Shown one piece after another: positions 1-10,153 of a DNA stretch of 44,630 nt (the stretch's first letter is position 1; every line of letters starts with the position of its first letter). The notes under the pieces are model-generated. The model saw nothing but the letters and a program-made list of their open reading frames with translations, searched no databases and had not been told where the DNA came from. The translations under genes were made by a program, and so were the position numbers. This stretch comes from Actinomycetota bacterium (GTDB taxonomy: Bacteria > Actinomycetota > Acidimicrobiia > Acidimicrobiales > Ilumatobacteraceae): positions 1 to 44,630 of the forward strand of contig RGGX01000001.1 in the NCBI GenBank assembly GCA_010024485.1. The letters are read 5' to 3'.

Positions 1-1476
<1,476 letters not shown>

Positions 1477-1479
1477 CCG

Positions 1480-1887
1480 ATGGCCACGACCATGACCGTC
1501 GAGGTCGTCTCCCCGGAGGCGGTGCTCTACTCGGGTGAGGCCGAGATGGTGATCACCCGCACCCTCGGCGGGGGCGAGATCGCCTTCCAACCGGGTCACG
1601 CCCCGTTCCTCGGCGCCCTCATCGAGAACCACACCCGGGTGTTCCTGCCCGGTGGGACGGTCGAGGACATCGCGGTGCACGGCGGCTTCGTCGAGGTCAG
1701 CGGGAACAAGGTGGCGATCCTGTCGGACGCCGCCGAGATCGCATCGAAGATCGACGTCGAGCGCGCCCGTGCGGCTCGCGAGCGGGCCGAGGAGCGTCTC
1801 CGTCACGAGCACGACGCCGAGGCGACCTCCGCTCTGGCGCGGGCCAACGCCCGCCTCAGCGCCGCCGGCATCGCCGCGAACTCCTGA
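1480..1887 (+). CDS. atpC: F0F1 ATP synthase subunit epsilon
   Basis: 135-aa ORF starting 3 nt after atpD. It shows an epsilon-like N-terminal beta-sandwich (VEVVSPE..LYSGEA) and a C-terminal helical Ala/Arg/Glu-rich hairpin. Confidence 0.9.
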   Translation: MATTMTVEVVSPEAVLYSGEAEMVITRTLGGGEIAFQPGHAPFLGALIENHTRVFLPGGTVEDIAVHGGFVEVSGNKVAILSDAAEIASKIDVERARAARERAEERLRHEHDAEATSALARANARLSAAGIAANS

Positions 1888-1895
1888 CGATCGGC

Positions 1896-2687
1896 GTGTC
1901 CCGGCCCGGACGGCACGGCCAGCACTTCTCACGGGCGCTCGTCACCGGTGCCTCATCCGGTATCGGCGAGGCCTTCGTCGAGGTGTTGCAGGCCGCCGGT
2001 GTCCCGGTGGTCGCCGTCGCCCGGCGCGTCGACCGGCTCGAGGCGCTGGCGGAGCGTCTCGGTGATGTCGAGGTGCTCGCCGCCGATCTGACGACGGCGG
2101 AGGGCGTCGCGGCGGTCGAGGCGCGGATCCTCGACGACGGTGATCCGATCGACCTCGTGGTCAACAACGCCGCGTTCGGCACGAGCGGACCGTTCGTCAC
2201 CCTCGACGCCGACCGGCTCGACCGGGAGGTGTCGCTCAACGCCACCTCGCTCACGCGTCTCAGCCATGCCGCCCTACGGGCGATGGTGCCCCGCCATCGG
2301 GGCTATCTGATCAACGTGTCGAGTATCGCCGGCTTCCAGGCCGCCCCGGGTCTCGCTGTCTACGCCGCGACGAAGGCCTATGTGACGAGCCTCTCCGAGG
2401 CGCTCCACGCCGAGGTGTCGGCCGCCGGGGTGCATGTGACCGCCCTCTGTCCGGGTCTCACCCGCACCGAGTTCCAGCGGGTGTCGAACACCGAGTCGTA
2501 CGTCGACCGGTTCCCCTCGTTCGCGTGGTCGAGTGTGGACGCCGTCGCCGAGACCGGGTTGCGCGATGTCGTCCGCGGTCGGGTCATCTCGGTGCCCGGT
2601 GCGGTGAACCGGGTGGTGACCGGGCTCTCGGCGGTGATCCCCCGACCGCTCCTCAGGATGATCGCCACGCGGGTGCAGCGCGTCTGA
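1896..2687 (+). CDS. SDR family oxidoreductase
   Basis: 263-aa ORF with a GTG start. It carries the Rossmann motif TGASSGIG and the catalytic YAATK (YxxxK) motif. Confidence 0.85.
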   Translation: MSRPGRHGQHFSRALVTGASSGIGEAFVEVLQAAGVPVVAVARRVDRLEALAERLGDVEVLAADLTTAEGVAAVEARILDDGDPIDLVVNNAAFGTSGPFVTLDADRLDREVSLNATSLTRLSHAALRAMVPRHRGYLINVSSIAGFQAAPGLAVYAATKAYVTSLSEALHAEVSAAGVHVTALCPGLTRTEFQRVSNTESYVDRFPSFAWSSVDAVAETGLRDVVRGRVISVPGAVNRVVTGLSAVIPRPLLRMIATRVQRV

Positions 2688-2696
2688 GCAACGGGG

Positions 2697-3695
2697 TCAG
2701 GTGTAGTCGATCGCGGAGAACTCCTGGAGTTTCCGCACCCGGTGTCGGGCATCGATGAAGCGCACGGTGCCGCTCCGGGAGCGCATGACCAGGCTCTGGG
2801 TGCGAGCCCCGCGGGCGTCGAATCGGACGCCGCGCAGCAGTTGGCCGTCGGTGAGACCGGTGGCGGCGAAGAAGCAGTTGTCGCCCTGCACGAGGTCGTC
2901 CTGGGTGAGCACCCGGTCGAGGTCGTATCCGGCCGAGCGCACCGTCTCGGCCTCGTCGTCGCTCTGCGGGCACAGCCGGGCCTGCATCTCACCGCCCATG
3001 CTCTTGAGCGCCGCGGCGCTGATGACCCCCTCGGGGGTACCTCCGATCCCGAAGAGCACGTCGACGCCGGCGTCGGGCCAGGCGGAGGCGATCGCGCCGT
3101 AGACGTCGCCGTCGCGGATCAGACGGATCCGCGCCCCTGAGGCCCGCACCTCATCGATCAGCTCGGTGTGGCGAGGCCGGTCGAGGATGACGGCGGTGAG
3201 GTCGCGGACGCTGGCCTGCTTCGACTTGGCGATCCACTTCAGGTTCTGGGTGGCGCTGGCGGTGATGTCGATCACCCCGACGCTGTCGGGTCCGACCGCG
3301 ATCTTCTCCATGTAGTACGACGGGCCCGGGTCGAACATGGAGTGGCGTTCGCCGACCGCGATGACCGAGAGGGCGTTGTTCACCCCGTAGGCGGTGAGCG
3401 TGGTGCCGTCGATCGGGTCGACGGCCACGTCGACGAGCGGCTCGGTGCCGTCGCCGACGACCTCGCCGTTGTAGAGCATCGGGGCGTCGTCCTTCTCGCC
3501 CTCGCCGATGATCACGGTGCCGGTCATCTGGACCGTCGAGAGGCTGAGGCGCATGGCGTCGACCGCCGCGGCATCGGCGCCCTCCTTGTGGCCTCGTCCC
3601 ACCCAACGGGCGGCGGCGAGGGCCGCCGACTCGGTGACCCTGACCAACTCCATGGCCAGGTTGCGGTCGGGCCGCTGGGCGCTCGGACTCGCCAT
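2697..3695 (-). CDS. glpX: class II fructose-1,6-bisphosphatase
   Basis: 332-aa ORF. It shows GlpX family sequence throughout ([37 protein letters not shown]). Confidence 0.93.
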   Translation of the reverse strand: MASPSAQRPDRNLAMELVRVTESAALAAARWVGRGHKEGADAAAVDAMRLSLSTVQMTGTVIIGEGEKDDAPMLYNGEVVGDGTEPLVDVAVDPIDGTTLTAYGVNNALSVIAVGERHSMFDPGPSYYMEKIAVGPDSVGVIDITASATQNLKWIAKSKQASVRDLTAVILDRPRHTELIDEVRASGARIRLIRDGDVYGAIASAWPDAGVDVLFGIGGTPEGVISAAALKSMGGEMQARLCPQSDDEAETVRSAGYDLDRVLTQDDLVQGDNCFFAATGLTDGQLLRGVRFDARGARTQSLVMRSRSGTVRFIDARHRVRKLQEFSAIDYT

Positions 3696-3701
3696 GGACC
3701 C

Positions 3702-3707
3702 ACGGTA
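3702..3707 (-). promoter_or_regulatory. putative -10 box TACCGT for leaderless glpX
   Basis: The TANNNT hexamer on the minus strand ends 6 nt before the glpX ATG (3695). No Shine-Dalgarno sequence is present. Confidence 0.4.
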
Positions 3708-3717
3708 GTCGTAGCGG

Positions 3718-3723
3718 TACGGT
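3718..3723 (+). promoter_or_regulatory. putative -10 box TACGGT for the leaderless S9 peptidase gene
   Basis: The TANNNT hexamer ends 7 nt before GTG 3731. No SD is present. Confidence 0.4.
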
Positions 3724-3730
3724 CACCCGG

Positions 3731-5554
3731 GTGCCGTCATCGTCCGGTGTCCCTCAGCCTGTGCCCACCGAGTTGTGTCTCGCCGGGCGCGAACTGACCT
3801 CTCCGCTCATCTCCCCGGACGCCTCCACGGTCGCCTTCGTCTCGCGGGAGGCGGGTGACCCGTCCGCGGTGCGACTGGTGTCGACCACCGGCGGGCCCGA
3901 GCGGGTGCTGGATCTACCCGATGAGCCGACCGGCGGGCGCGGGCTGAACGGCGGCTGTCTGGCCTGGGACCGTTCCGGTCGTCGTCTGGCCGTGGTGGGC
4001 CGGGCGGGGCTTTGGATCGCCGAGGTGGGGAACCCCAGCCGTCTGGTGCTCTCCGCCGATGTTGGCTCGATCGCCTCCCCGGTGTGGAGCGTCACCGACG
4101 ACGCCGTGATCGTCACCGTCGATGCCGCCCGGGTGCTGCGGGTCGATCTCCTCGGGGATGGCGAGCCGCGGCGCCTCGACGAAGGGAACCACGACTTCGT
4201 GGCCGATCCCGAGGTCTGGGCCGACGATGGGATCGAGTTCGTCGCGTGGCAGGCCTGGTCGGTCCCGGACATGCCCTGGGACGGCGCCTCTCTCGTGGTG
4301 CTCGGGCCGGCCGGGACGGTGGACATCGGCCGACCGTCGGTCGGGATGCAACAGCCGCGCGCCATCCCCGACGGCAGCCTCGCCTGCCTCCGCGACGACT
4401 CCGGTTGGCTCAACCTCTGGCGGTCGGCGGACCCGGCGGGAGACTGGGAGCATCTCATCGACGAACCGGTCGAGCACGGGGGCCCCTCGTGGGGACCGGG
4501 CCAGCGGACCTTCGTCGGCTCTCCCGACGGGACGAGGATCGCGTTCACCCGCAACGAGGAGGGCTTCGGTCGACTGTGCGTTCTCGAGGTGGTGACCGGT
4601 GCGGTGACCGAGCTCGGCCGCGGGGTGCACGGTCACCTCTCCTGGGCCGGTGGCACGATCGTCGCGCTCCGGTCCGGGGCCCGCACCCCGACGCAGATCG
4701 TGGCCTACGAGGTCGCCGACGGGAGTCGTGTCGTCCTCGCCACCGGTCCCGCCGACGGCTGGGACCGCTTCGATCCGCCCGAACCCGAACTCCACGAGGT
4801 GGTGGCCCCCGACGGTCTCGGAGTGCCGGTGCGCCGCTACGCGGCCGGCCTGGGTCGCGTCCTGATCGCGGTTCACGGGGGACCGACCGATCAGTGGCAG
4901 GTCTCGTTCCTCCCGCGGGTCATCCGGTGGTGGTCGGAGGGCTGGGATGTGCTGGTCTGCGACCCGCGGGGCTCGACGGGTCACGGCCGGGCGCACACCG
5001 ACGCCCTGCGCGGCGGTTGGGGTCGGTCGGACACCGACGACGTGCTCGCCGTCGCCCGTCATGCGCAGGAGGCCGGCTGGGCCCGCCGGGAGACCACGGT
5101 GGTGATGGGGTCGTCCTCGGGTGGCCTGGTGGTGCTCAACGCTCTTGTCGGCGATGGCCCGGTGTCGGCCGGCATCGCGCTGTACCCGGTGTCGGATCTG
5201 GCCGGTCTCGCCGAGCACACCCATCGATTCGAGGCGCACTACACCGACTCCCTCGTCGGGCCGCCCGGCTCACCGGCCCTCGCGGAGCACTCGCCGATCA
5301 CCAACGCGCGGGAACTGAGTGGGAGGCTCCTGCTCATCCACGGGACCGACGACCCGGTGGTGCCGGTGGAGCACTCGCGACGTCTGGCGGCCGCGACCGA
5401 CAGCCGCAGGCTCGAACTCGACGTCGTCGAACTCGACGGTGAGGGTCACGGATTCCGCCGTCCGGAGAACCGGCGGCTCGAGTACGACCTGGTGGAGCGT
5501 TTCCTCGCCGAGACGATCCGGCGCGCCGACTCGGCCGGTCGGGGCGGGCAGTAG
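3731..5554 (+). CDS. S9 family (prolyl oligopeptidase / acylaminoacyl peptidase-like) serine peptidase
   Basis: 607-aa ORF. The C-terminal alpha/beta-hydrolase domain has the nucleophile elbow GSSSGG, the Asp motif HGTDDPVVP and the His motif GEGHGF. The N-terminal half is beta-propeller-like. Confidence 0.85.
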   Translation: MPSSSGVPQPVPTELCLAGRELTSPLISPDASTVAFVSREAGDPSAVRLVSTTGGPERVLDLPDEPTGGRGLNGGCLAWDRSGRRLAVVGRAGLWIAEVGNPSRLVLSADVGSIASPVWSVTDDAVIVTVDAARVLRVDLLGDGEPRRLDEGNHDFVADPEVWADDGIEFVAWQAWSVPDMPWDGASLVVLGPAGTVDIGRPSVGMQQPRAIPDGSLACLRDDSGWLNLWRSADPAGDWEHLIDEPVEHGGPSWGPGQRTFVGSPDGTRIAFTRNEEGFGRLCVLEVVTGAVTELGRGVHGHLSWAGGTIVALRSGARTPTQIVAYEVADGSRVVLATGPADGWDRFDPPEPELHEVVAPDGLGVPVRRYAAGLGRVLIAVHGGPTDQWQVSFLPRVIRWWSEGWDVLVCDPRGSTGHGRAHTDALRGGWGRSDTDDVLAVARHAQEAGWARRETTVVMGSSSGGLVVLNALVGDGPVSAGIALYPVSDLAGLAEHTHRFEAHYTDSLVGPPGSPALAEHSPITNARELSGRLLLIHGTDDPVVPVEHSRRLAAATDSRRLELDVVELDGEGHGFRRPENRRLEYDLVERFLAETIRRADSAGRGGQ

Positions 5555-5563
5555 GGTTCGGTC

Positions 5564-6280
5564 GTGACCACCGACGACGGAGAGTTCCGACCGGACGACC
5601 CGGACGCCGTCGTCGTCCACTACGACCTCGACGGGTGGGACTCCGATCAGATCGCGGCCCTCACCGAGTCGCTCGCCAACGACGATCTCCAACACGCCTG
5701 GCGGGGGACGGAACTCCTCGTGCCCGAGGCTGATGAGGAGGCCGTCGACAGGATCTTCGACCGTCTCGAGGACGAGCTCGGTCCGTTCCCGGTGGCCCTC
5801 GGTGCTGGTGAGCCCGGTACCGAGTTCCAACTCGATGACTGGGCGCCCGCCGAGATCGACCTGTTGCGCCGCTCGCTCGTGGAGGCGGAGATCCCCCACC
5901 GGTGGGAGGGGGACAATGTCGTGGTCGCGGAGGACGCCGAGGAGACCGTCGACGATCTCCTCGATGCCATCGAGGCGGGGGATCTGGCCCCGACCGACGA
6001 GGCCGAGACCGCCCCCGACGGCGTACTGCAGGAGCTCTTCGCGATCGGCGATCGGCTGGCCCGGGACGGGACCGCTTCGGCCGCCCGGACCCAACTCTTC
6101 GACCTGTTGCCGACCCTCTCCGACGGCACCCCTCCCTTCGGTGTGGCTCTCGGGGTGTGGCGTCGGGTGCTCGAGTGCGCCAACGGTGTGCGCTCAGCCT
6201 TCACCGACTCCGAGTTCGAGCCCGCGCGGGTCTCCTCGGCCGCGGAGGATCTCCGCGACGTCTGTCGCCCCTGGGTCTGA
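5564..6280 (+). CDS. hypothetical acidic protein with an internal tandem duplication
   Basis: 238-aa ORF starting 9 nt after the peptidase stop. Two ~51-aa repeats share about 35 % identity without gaps (L-D-W...I..L...L....H.W.G...V.E..EE.VD). I recognise no family. Confidence 0.6.
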   Translation: MTTDDGEFRPDDPDAVVVHYDLDGWDSDQIAALTESLANDDLQHAWRGTELLVPEADEEAVDRIFDRLEDELGPFPVALGAGEPGTEFQLDDWAPAEIDLLRRSLVEAEIPHRWEGDNVVVAEDAEETVDDLLDAIEAGDLAPTDEAETAPDGVLQELFAIGDRLARDGTASAARTQLFDLLPTLSDGTPPFGVALGVWRRVLECANGVRSAFTDSEFEPARVSSAAEDLRDVCRPWV

Positions 6281-6322
6281 CCCCGGCTTCGCGCTCACGG
6301 CGACAGGGCCCCGGCCCACCGG

Positions 6323-6328
6323 TACGTT
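6323..6328 (+). promoter_or_regulatory. putative -10 box TACGTT for the J-domain protein gene
   Basis: The TANNNT hexamer ends 6 nt before ATG 6335. Confidence 0.4.
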
Positions 6329-6334
6329 TGCTCC

Positions 6335-7042
6335 ATGGTCCTGGCCGAGCTCGAGGTGTTCCACTCGCGGGCTGTCCAGCCGACGCGTCGGGTCGCCCTC
6401 GGACATCTCGTGCTCCCGGTCGACCCCGCTCCGGGTCTCGGAGGGATCCTCCTCGGCGCTGTCGTCGCCGAGCACTCGCGTCGTCTCGACGGCGATGATC
6501 TGCTCGACATCGGTCGGCTCATCACCGAGGTGGAGCAGGGACGGCGTGTGACCCAACCCCGACTCCGTCACCGATACCAGGTCGACCGACATGGGCTCGC
6601 GTGCAGCCGCCATGTGATGCACGGTGAGGGGGATGACATCTCCTTCGACCTGGAGACCCGAGGTACCGATGTCGCCCAGGTCCTCGGCGCGATCTACGCG
6701 CTCGAGCGCCTCGACCTCGAGGCGCGCCGGGCGATCGGGCCCGTGCTCACCAGGGCGAGCCGGTGGCGGGGGCCGATCGGCCCGTCGCTGGTGGCCCATC
6801 TGGCCGGCGCGCGATCCGCCGAGCTGCGATCGTTGGCCGATCCTCGGGGTTGGGCGATGACGCTCCTTGGTTTCGATCCCGACGATGCGGCCCCCAGTCG
6901 CCGAGAGGTCATGCGTCGCTATCGACGTCGGATGCTCGACGTGCACCCCGACCACGGGGGTGACTCGACGGAGGCGAGCGCCTCGATCCTCGAGTTGAAC
7001 GAGGCGAGACGCATCCTCACCGAGTTGCCGGTGGTGGGCTGA
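6335..7042 (+). CDS. J-domain (DnaJ-like) protein with a C-terminal J domain
   Basis: The C-terminal ~60 aa form a clear J domain with an intact HPD motif (LLGFDPDDAAPSRREVMRRYRRRMLDVHPDHGG). The ATG at 6335 has a TACGTT-N6 context. Codon statistics for 6335-6616 are ambiguous (see findings), so the start could instead be ATG 6617. Confidence 0.6.
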   Translation: MVLAELEVFHSRAVQPTRRVALGHLVLPVDPAPGLGGILLGAVVAEHSRRLDGDDLLDIGRLITEVEQGRRVTQPRLRHRYQVDRHGLACSRHVMHGEGDDISFDLETRGTDVAQVLGAIYALERLDLEARRAIGPVLTRASRWRGPIGPSLVAHLAGARSAELRSLADPRGWAMTLLGFDPDDAAPSRREVMRRYRRRMLDVHPDHGGDSTEASASILELNEARRILTELPVVG

Positions 7043-8594
7043 GGTCGTCGACCGGGTTCCGGCCGCGCGGCTGCCGGTCGACCGGGTTCAACTCGTCGAG
7101 GTCGCGGCGCGCCGTCTCGGGGAGGTGTCGCCAGACGACGATGACAACCACGAGCTGCCCGGCGGTCAGCACGCCCATGACCCCGCTGTAGTCCCAACCC
7201 GAGTCGAGCAGGGTGCCGGCTGCCAGTAGGCCGCCGATACCGCCGATGAGGGCGAGCACGGTGAGCAGTCCGGCGGCGCGGCCGCGGTTCCCGGTCGGGA
7301 ACAGCTCGGCCCGATAGACGGCGAGGGCCGGGTACGCGATTCCCCCGAGGAACCCGCCGGCGAAGGCCGAGACCCACATGGCCGACCCTCCGACGCTGAA
7401 CGACAGCCAGATACCGGCGGTGGCCACCGGCAGTGTCAGCGCGATGAGCCCGCGTCGTCCCCTTCGGTCAGCGAGTTGACCCCCGACGACCAGACCGAGG
7501 GCGGCCGGGGTCGAGGTCGTCAGGGTGAAGAGCGCGATCGATGAGCCCGAGAGTTCGCGGATCTCGTCGAGGTAGCGGTTCTGGAAGAAGCTGGCGGGTG
7601 CGACGAAGAGGTTGACGCCGACCGCGATCACGCCGAGGGCGGCGAATCGACGACGATCGAGGGGTGGGGCGACGGTGTGCTCGCGGGCGAATCGGCGGGT
7701 CTCGGGCAGTCGTCTGGCCACGTCGACGGCCACCACCAGCCACACCAGGGTGACGACGTAGACCAGGCGCCAGGCGCCGTCGCCGAGATCGGTGAGCGGC
7801 AGCGTCCCCACGGCGATCCCGGCGCCCAGTCCGCTCGCCATGGCGAGCACCGCGACGGCGTAGGCCCGCGATCCCCGGGGCATCTCCTCGACGGCGACGA
7901 CGGCGATCAGGAAGTCGAGGGCGAGGCCGAGGGGTCGACCGACGGCCTGGGTCGCGACCAGCCAGTTGAAGGTCGGGGCGAGGGCTCCGAGGGCGGTGAC
8001 GAGCGGTGCAGCCCAGGCGACAGCGACGATCACGCGACGGCGTCCGATCCGGTCGGCGGCGACGGCGAGGGGGATCGTGATCAGGATGCCGCCGCGCACG
8101 ATGGAGCCGGCGACTCCGATGCCGGTGTTGCCGACCCCGAAGTCGTCGGCGGCGAACGCGACGGTCTGGGTGAAGATCGTGTTCACGAAGGCTGAGGTCA
8201 TCGAGGCGGCGGCGAGCAGTCCGAGCACCAGGATCTGCCGTTCGTCGAGGGCATCGGGCGGCGCCCACCAGAGACGCCGCTCGGGGGAGCGGCGCGCGAT
8301 CCATCGGCGCACCGGGATCGCGAAGAGCCAGCCGAACCACGGGATGGAGAGCCGGTACTCGGTGCGTTCCTCCCAGTGGTCGCCGTCGCGGCTCAGGCGT
8401 CGTTCGTAGTGGCTGAACGGTCCCCGCTCCTGGGAGAACACCCGGCTGTCGCGCTCGGCGTTCCCGGGTCCGCTGTCATCGAGCGCCGCGGCCTGTTCGT
8501 GGAGCAGGCCGGTCCGGGGGTGGCCGAGATCGTCGGGACCGCGGTGGCCGTCGACCTGATGTCGTCGCACGATGGTGCGCTGACGTCCCGGCAC
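7017..8594 (-). CDS. MFS transporter with a ~105-aa N-terminal cytoplasmic extension
   Basis: 525-aa ORF with about 12 hydrophobic segments and an MFS loop motif (AADRIGRRRV). The GTG start is preceded by TATGCT-N6. It overlaps the convergent J-domain gene by 26 nt. Confidence 0.8.
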   Translation of the reverse strand: MPGRQRTIVRRHQVDGHRGPDDLGHPRTGLLHEQAAALDDSGPGNAERDSRVFSQERGPFSHYERRLSRDGDHWEERTEYRLSIPWFGWLFAIPVRRWIARRSPERRLWWAPPDALDERQILVLGLLAAASMTSAFVNTIFTQTVAFAADDFGVGNTGIGVAGSIVRGGILITIPLAVAADRIGRRRVIVAVAWAAPLVTALGALAPTFNWLVATQAVGRPLGLALDFLIAVVAVEEMPRGSRAYAVAVLAMASGLGAGIAVGTLPLTDLGDGAWRLVYVVTLVWLVVAVDVARRLPETRRFAREHTVAPPLDRRRFAALGVIAVGVNLFVAPASFFQNRYLDEIRELSGSSIALFTLTTSTPAALGLVVGGQLADRRGRRGLIALTLPVATAGIWLSFSVGGSAMWVSAFAGGFLGGIAYPALAVYRAELFPTGNRGRAAGLLTVLALIGGIGGLLAAGTLLDSGWDYSGVMGVLTAGQLVVVIVVWRHLPETARRDLDELNPVDRQPRGRNPVDDLSPPPATR

Positions 8595-8600
8595 GGGGGG

Positions 8601-8606
8601 AGCATA
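8601..8606 (-). promoter_or_regulatory. putative -10 box TATGCT for the leaderless MFS gene
   Basis: The TANNNT hexamer on the minus strand ends 6 nt before GTG 8594. It overlaps the murA box on the other strand (plus strand AGCATACT). Confidence 0.4.
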
Positions 8607-8608
8607 CT
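8603..8608 (+). promoter_or_regulatory. putative -10-like box CATACT for murA
   Basis: The NANNNT hexamer (A2 and T6 kept) ends 7 nt before GTG 8616. Confidence 0.3.
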
Positions 8609-8615
8609 GTTGCCC

Positions 8616-9929
8616 GTGTCAGCGGGTCCCGGGTCCGAGTCGAGGGTTGATGGTGAGCCGATCATCACCGTGCGGCGAGCCGGTGACCTCTCGGGTCGGG
8701 TCATGGTGCCCGGCGCCAAGAACTCGGTGCTGAAGTTGATGGCCGCCTGCCTCCTCGCCGACGGCACCTCGGAGATCTCGAACGTGCCGAGGATCGCCGA
8801 TGTGTCGATCATGTCGGAACTCCTCGAGGCGATTGGCCTGCGGCTCGAGAGTCCGGAGACCGGTGTGTTGAGGGTGACGAATCCGGGTGACCTGACCCCG
8901 GTCGCCCCCTACGAGTTGGTGGAGCGCATCCGCGCCTCCATCAACGTGCTCGGACCGCTCCTCACCCGATGCGGGCACGTCCGCCTCTCGCTGCCCGGAG
9001 GCGACGACTTCGGCGCTCGTCCGATCGACATGCACATCGCCGGTCTCGAGGCGATGGGCGCGGAGTTCAAGGTGTCGCACGGCTATCTCGAGGCCCGGGC
9101 CGATCGCCTCCACGGCGCCGAGGTGGTCTTCGACTTCCCGAGCGTCGGCGCGACGGAGAACATCCTGACGGCCGCGGTGTTCGCTGACGGCGTGACCAGG
9201 ATCGACAACGCGGCTCGCGAGCCCGAGGTGGTCGATCTGTGTCGATTCCTCGTCGCGATGGGGGCCGACATCGAGGGGGTGGGCACCGCCACGCTCACCG
9301 TCCGGGGGGTCGAGCGCGGCTCGCTGCGTCCGGCGACGCACCGGACCGTCCCCGATCGGGTCCAGGCCGCCACCTACATCGCCGCGGTGGCTGTCGCCGG
9401 CGGCGAACTCGAGATGGTGGACGCCCATGCCAACCACATGGACATGCTCCTCGCCCGCTGTCGGGACATGGGTGTCGACCTGGAGCCGTTCACGACCGAT
9501 GGTGTGGAGGGCCTCCGCGTGTCGTGCTCCCAGCGTCTCCGGGCCACCGATGTCCAGACGCTCCCGTATCCGGGGATCGCCACCGACTACAAGCCGCTCA
9601 TCATCACGATGCTCTCGGTGGCCGACGGGGTGGCGATCGTCACGGAGAACCTCTATCCGGGGCGTTTCCGTTACGTCGAGGAGCTGATCCGACTCGGCGC
9701 GGACATCCGCACCGACGGGCACCACGCGGTCGTGCGGGGTCAGCCACGGCTGTCGGGGGCGCCGGTCAGGGCCCATGACATCCGAGCCGGGGCGGCCATG
9801 GTGGTGGCGGGTCTTGCCGCCGAGGGCACGACGACGATTTCCGGGGTGCGACACATCGACCGCGGCTATGACGATCTCGTCGGCCGTCTCGCGGCGGTCG
9901 GCGCCGACATCACGCGCGTCGAGGACTGA
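8616..9929 (+). CDS. murA: UDP-N-acetylglucosamine 1-carboxyvinyltransferase
   Basis: MurA family sequence begins at ..IITVRRAGDLSGRVMVPGAKNS. I trimmed the start from the 8376 ORF start to GTG 8616, giving 437 aa. The earlier part of the ORF is antisense to the MFS gene. The active-site loop is LPGGDDFGARP, with Asp in place of the fosfomycin-target Cys. Confidence 0.9.
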   Translation: MSAGPGSESRVDGEPIITVRRAGDLSGRVMVPGAKNSVLKLMAACLLADGTSEISNVPRIADVSIMSELLEAIGLRLESPETGVLRVTNPGDLTPVAPYELVERIRASINVLGPLLTRCGHVRLSLPGGDDFGARPIDMHIAGLEAMGAEFKVSHGYLEARADRLHGAEVVFDFPSVGATENILTAAVFADGVTRIDNAAREPEVVDLCRFLVAMGADIEGVGTATLTVRGVERGSLRPATHRTVPDRVQAATYIAAVAVAGGELEMVDAHANHMDMLLARCRDMGVDLEPFTTDGVEGLRVSCSQRLRATDVQTLPYPGIATDYKPLIITMLSVADGVAIVTENLYPGRFRYVEELIRLGADIRTDGHHAVVRGQPRLSGAPVRAHDIRAGAAMVVAGLAAEGTTTISGVRHIDRGYDDLVGRLAAVGADITRVED

Positions 9930-9955
9930 GTGGCCTCACGCCGCTCTCGCGACCC

Positions 9956-10147
9956 TCAGTGTGGGTCGGGTCCAGCTGGGTCGGGCTCGACATCGCGCCC
10001 GCCGTCGAGGCTGTCGTCGAGTTCGGCGGCTCGGGCAGCGGCCTCAACCCGTCGTTTCACGAGGGCGAGCACGCCGATCACGATGAGCATCGGTCCCGCG
10101 ACGAGCAGGATCTCGTCCCAGCCGCCCTGGTGCGCGATGAGAGGCAC
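9956..10147 (-). CDS. small single-pass membrane protein (hypothetical)
   Basis: 63-aa ORF with one clear TM helix (ILLVAGPMLIVIGVLALV) followed by KRR and an acidic tail. The GTG start is preceded by TACGCT-N6. GC1/GC3 statistics do not discriminate it from the antisense ORF. Confidence 0.45.
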   Translation of the reverse strand: MPLIAHQGGWDEILLVAGPMLIVIGVLALVKRRVEAAARAAELDDSLDGGRDVEPDPAGPDPH

Positions 10148-10153
10148 ACCCCG

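Noticed and set aside
6194-6955. 253-aa minus ORF opposite the J-domain gene
   Set aside because: Its upstream 115 codons are antisense to clearly coding J-domain sequence, and its last 29 codons are antisense to the acidic-protein gene. Only the 6281-6613 part remains ambiguous, and that is listed as a finding.
8376-8615. 80-codon N-terminal extension of the murA ORF
   Set aside because: It is antisense to the MFS gene's 5' end. MurA homology starts about 10 codons after GTG 8616, and that GTG has a -10-like box at the right distance.
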